Assembly: GCA_036149055.1 (NCBI GenBank)
Contig: JAYZQJ010000183.1
Location: 1-62,475 of the forward strand
Origin: Myxococcota bacterium
GTDB taxonomy: Bacteria > Myxococcota_A > Polyangia > Polyangiales > Sandaracinaceae
Direction: 5' to 3'
DNA length: 62,475 bases
Part shown: positions 59,184-62,475 of the stretch, in pieces
Position numbering within the stretch: position 1 is the first letter of the stretch
Layout of the letters: the number at the start of each line of letters is the position of its first letter
Translations under genes and position numbers: made by a program
Notes under the pieces: generated by a model
What the model was told of the DNA's origin: nothing
The model's database searches: none
The model's input: the letters and a program-made list of their open reading frames with translations, nothing else

Positions 59184-62100
59184 CAGGCGAGCCCTCCCCT
59201 CTCCACCGTGATCATCGCGCCCGGCGCGAAGCCCGTCAGCGCCCGTTCGTCGTCCCGCGCGTCGGGGTGCGCGGCCGCCCGGCCGATGAGCGTGAGCTCG
59301 GCTCGGGCGTCGGCGTGCCGCTCCGCCCGGGCGCGCACCCGTTCGGCCCACGCCGGCTCTCCGAGCGCGAGCCGGGCGCCGGCGAGCCGCGCCCGCATCA
59401 CCCAGCCGTCGTACGCGCCGCCGGCGGAGCGACGCGTCACCCGCAGGACCTCCTCCTCGGCGCGCCGGGCCGCCCGCTCCCAGTCGCCGGCGGCGAGCGC
59501 CACCCTCACGTCGAGGAAGACGTCGGGCGCGTCGATCGACGCGAGCCGCGCCGCCGCCTCGGTCACCTCGTCGAGCCTCAGGTGCTGGCGCGCCGCCTCC
59601 TCCGCGAGCCGCCGGCCCGCGTCTCCGTCGGCGTCGGCGAGGGCGCCGTCGAGGAGCTCCAGGCTCCGCCGCGACATCCCCACGGTGCCCAGGAAGCCGG
59701 CCGCGCGCAGCACGTGGTCGGCGTCCAGCTCGCTGAGACGCGCCGTCACCCGCGCCGCGTCGTCCGCCTGGCCGAGCGCGAGGTGGACCTGCTCGAGCGC
59801 CTTCCACACCAGCGCGGGCGCGGCGGCCGCGTCGGCCTCCTCGAGCAGCGCCAGGCAGGCCTCCGGGTCGGCCTCGACCTCGTACAGCGCCTTGACCACC
59901 CGCGGGTGCGGGTAGCGCCCCGCCCGCTCGATGGTCTCGTCCAGTAAAGCCGCGACCCGCGCGCCGCCACGCTCGGCCGGCACCCCCAGCAGGGTCTGCG
60001 CCGCCCGCCAGGGCCCGTTCGCGTCGTGCGGCATCAGCTCCCGCGCCGCGAGCGCGACGGAGATCCCGAGCGCGTCGTGGCGGCGGCGCACGAGGTCGAC
60101 CGCGACGTTCATCAAGGAGAGCGGCGAGCGCCCGAGCGCCCGCACCATCTCCTCCGCGCGAGCCTCCATCTCCTCGGGCGTGAAGAGGGTCCCGAGCACG
60201 CGGGCCACGCCGTCGACCAGCGCGGGGTCGGCGCCGCATCGGGACACGCCCGCGAGCGCGGTGTCGAAGGCCGCGCCCCCGTCGCCGCTCGCGAAGCACA
60301 CGAAGGTGACGTCGTCCCAGTTGAGCGGGTCGGCTGGATCGACGCGGAGCAGGGTCTCGGCCAGCGGCCGCGCGTCGCCCCAGCGTCCGTCGTGGAAGAG
60401 CCGCTTGAGGATCCGGGCGCGGGCCCCGGTGTCCCGCGGGTTCTCGTCGGCGATCCGCTCGAGGCGGGCGAACGCCTCGTCGTGGCGGTCCATCGCCTCG
60501 AGCACCGTCGCCCGGGCGCCCAGCACGTCGGGGTCGCCGGGCGCCAGGGCCTCGGCGAGCTCGCTCAGGCGCCGGGCCCGGTCGAGCCGCCCCCGCCGCT
60601 CGAGCAGGGTCGCCCAGCGGGCCATCGCCGGGGCGTGCCCGTGCTGGATCGAGAGCGCGCGCCGGAGGAGCGCCTCGGCCCGCGTGGTCTGGCCGACCTG
60701 CAGCAGGCAACGCGCCTCGCCCCACGGGTTGCGGTGATCCCAGGGATCGATCGCCGCCGCGTCCGCCCACGCGATGGCGGCCTCGTACGGGCGCCCCCAG
60801 CACTCCATCGCCTGGGCGTGGATCTGGTGCGCCCACTCGGCGCGCGGGAAGCGCTCCCGCGTCACCGCCACCCAGCGCTCGAGCCGACCGCCGGCGAGCC
60901 GCCCCGCGCGGAGCTGCTCGAGCATCGCCTCCCCCTGGCGCCGGTGGGGCGTGGGCAGGGTCGGCGCGACCTCGATCGCGCGCTCGGCCATCGCGTCGAC
61001 CCGCGCCCGGCTCGGCACCTGCCCGGACTCGTCGACGTCGCACCGATCGATCGCGTCGAAGCGCGGATCGTGCGCGAGCCCCTCGTCGGCGAGCGCGGCG
61101 AGCGCCGCCTCGGCCTCGTCGCCGAGCCCGAGGGCCACCAGGGCGCCGCCCCCGAAGAGCCGCCCCCGGTCGGCCTGCTCCTCGAAGGTCTGGAGGTAGG
61201 CGCCGCCGCGCGCCGGCTCGTGCAGCAGCAGCAAGCCGGCCACCGGCTCGACGCCGAGCACCAGGGTGAAGGCGGTGTGGGTCGGCCGCTCCTCCTGCAG
61301 CACCACGAGCCCGCCCGCGCGGGTGGCGGCCTCGACCGCCGCCGGCTCGCCGACCAGGCGGATCGATCGGACGCCGGCCTCGCCGAGCCGATGGCGGAGC
61401 ATGCCGATGCTGTCGAGGGGCTCGGCCGACGCGTCCACGCCGAAGCGGGCCAGGCACTTGGCCAGGGCGCCGGCCCCCGCGTCTCCGGCCCGGGGGGAGA
61501 GGGGGACCGGGGCGCCGAAGACCCAGCGCGGCCCGCCGTCCCGCCGCTCCGGGTCGCGGTCCACGCGATCGAGCACGTCCGCCGCGCGCAGGTGCGCGAG
61601 CAGGTCGGCGCGGCGGCCGCGCGTCTCCTCACGAATGGCCCGCAGGGCCTCGAGCGCCGCCTCGACGTCGCCCGCGGCCCAGCGGCAGAGGGCGCCGCTG
61701 GCGGCGAGGAGCGAGGCGTCCGAGGCCTCGGGCGCGTCCGCGACCGCGCGCCCGAAGCAGTCCGCCGCCGCCGCGAAGTCGCGCTCGGCCCGGGTGAGGT
61801 CGGCGAGCAGCCGGTGCGCGCGCTCTCTCCCGGGCGGCGGCCGCGACGCGAGCTCCGCCTCCAGGCACTCGCGCGCCGCCGCGACGTCTCCCTCGCGCAG
61901 CGCCAGCCTCGCCGCGTGCTCGGCCCGGTCCTCGGCCTCGAGCTCGTCGGTCTCGAGCTGCTCGGCCGCGAGCGTCAGCTCCGGGTCGCCCGGATGGGCG
62001 GCTCGCGCCTCCTCGAGCGTGGCCTCGGCCGCGCCGCGGGCGCCGGCCTTCGCCAGCGCGCGGATCGCGCGGGCCAGGTACGCGGGCGCGTCCGGCGCCC

Positions 62101-62284
62101 TCGCCTCCCGCAGGCGCTCCGCCGCCTCGACCGCGTCCACCAGCGGCGCGTGCCCCCGCGTCGCGAGCTGAGCCCGGAGCCGGACCACCCGCAGATCCTC
62201 GTCCGCCCCCGCGTCGCCCAGCGCCTCGGCCAGCTGCCGATACCGCCGCTCCGCGAACGCCGCCTCGAGCTCCTCCAGATCCAT
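59180..62284 (-). CDS. Large TPR protein with degenerate C39-like domain (paralog of the downstream gene)
   Basis: Aligns with the downstream protein (VVLQEE, TFEEQADRGRLFGGGALVALG, EWAHQIHA, DPWDHRN) but catalytic positions are substituted. GGAGG RBS before ATG 62284. Confidence 0.8.
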   Translation of the reverse strand: MDLEELEAAFAERRYRQLAEALGDAGADEDLRVVRLRAQLATRGHAPLVDAVEAAERLREARAPDAPAYLARAIRALAKAGARGAAEATLEEARAAHPGDPELTLAAEQLETDELEAEDRAEHAARLALREGDVAAARECLEAELASRPPPGRERAHRLLADLTRAERDFAAAADCFGRAVADAPEASDASLLAASGALCRWAAGDVEAALEALRAIREETRGRRADLLAHLRAADVLDRVDRDPERRDGGPRWVFGAPVPLSPRAGDAGAGALAKCLARFGVDASAEPLDSIGMLRHRLGEAGVRSIRLVGEPAAVEAATRAGGLVVLQEERPTHTAFTLVLGVEPVAGLLLLHEPARGGAYLQTFEEQADRGRLFGGGALVALGLGDEAEAALAALADEGLAHDPRFDAIDRCDVDESGQVPSRARVDAMAERAIEVAPTLPTPHRRQGEAMLEQLRAGRLAGGRLERWVAVTRERFPRAEWAHQIHAQAMECWGRPYEAAIAWADAAAIDPWDHRNPWGEARCLLQVGQTTRAEALLRRALSIQHGHAPAMARWATLLERRGRLDRARRLSELAEALAPGDPDVLGARATVLEAMDRHDEAFARLERIADENPRDTGARARILKRLFHDGRWGDARPLAETLLRVDPADPLNWDDVTFVCFASGDGGAAFDTALAGVSRCGADPALVDGVARVLGTLFTPEEMEARAEEMVRALGRSPLSLMNVAVDLVRRRHDALGISVALAARELMPHDANGPWRAAQTLLGVPAERGGARVAALLDETIERAGRYPHPRVVKALYEVEADPEACLALLEEADAAAAPALVWKALEQVHLALGQADDAARVTARLSELDADHVLRAAGFLGTVGMSRRSLELLDGALADADGDAGRRLAEEAARQHLRLDEVTEAAARLASIDAPDVFLDVRVALAAGDWERAARRAEEEVLRVTRRSAGGAYDGWVMRARLAGARLALGEPAWAERVRARAERHADARAELTLIGRAAAHPDARDDERALTGFAPGAMITVERGGLAW

Positions 62285-62475
62285 GTCCCCCTCCGGCCCC
62301 GAGCATGCCCGCACTCCCGCCGAACGACAACCCATCTGGCACCGTCGAAGGGCCGCCACCCGCGGCCCGGCGACCCCGGGCCCGGGCCCCTGCCCGGGCC
62401 CGTGCCCGCGAGCCGAAGCACCACACCCCGGAGGCATCAACGGCGCCCGGGTATAGGCGGTCACGAACCCGGCCC

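Noticed and set aside
55458..61457. The 1999 aa ORF as a single giant protein or frameshifted fusion
   Set aside because: The first ~750 codons are low-complexity off-frame sequence overlapping the upstream TPR gene. A GTG start at 59183 coupled to the upstream TGA, with a GGAGAGGG RBS, explains it better.
62370..62410. CCCGGGCCC short repeats near the window end
   Set aside because: Low-complexity GC sequence close to the window edge, with too little context to interpret.

Overview
Very GC-rich bacterial chromosomal window. Gene content points to Myxococcota, probably Polyangia/Sandaracinaceae-like (inferred from a DUF2378/TIGR02265 gene and many Cys-rich, Asp-Ala-Gly-linker lipoproteins). 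From left to right it contains: (1) a nonulosonic-acid-type sugar operon (SAM methyltransferase, pyruvyltransferase-like, cytidylyltransferase-phosphatase fusion, GmhA-like isomerase, short NeuB) divergent from a Maf flagellin glycosyltransferase; (2) a four-gene GAF/PAS two-component cassette; (3) two tandem flagellins plus fliD-fliS-fliT-like, with sigma28-like promoters, GGA-loop (CsrA-type) leader hairpins and terminators; (4) housekeeping and transport genes (NhaP-type antiporter, yebC, tex, putP-like, moaA); (5) a complete reductive pyrimidine catabolic operon with mmsA nearby; (6) several exported Cys-rich/FG-GAP/lectin proteins; (7) a TetR-hydrolase pair with a visible operator; (8) a coupled pair of giant TPR proteins with C39-peptidase-like domains, one intact and one catalytically degenerate. 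The most notable non-obvious signals are the active/pseudo-protease TPR pair, a two-copy ~250 bp intergenic element built of covarying GNA-triloop hairpins, an unusual KDN-like (or heptose-derived) flagellin glycosylation route, and a signal-peptide ORF ending in an RGPP arrest-like motif ahead of unknown membrane genes. All functional calls come from motif recognition by eye; no database searches were run.
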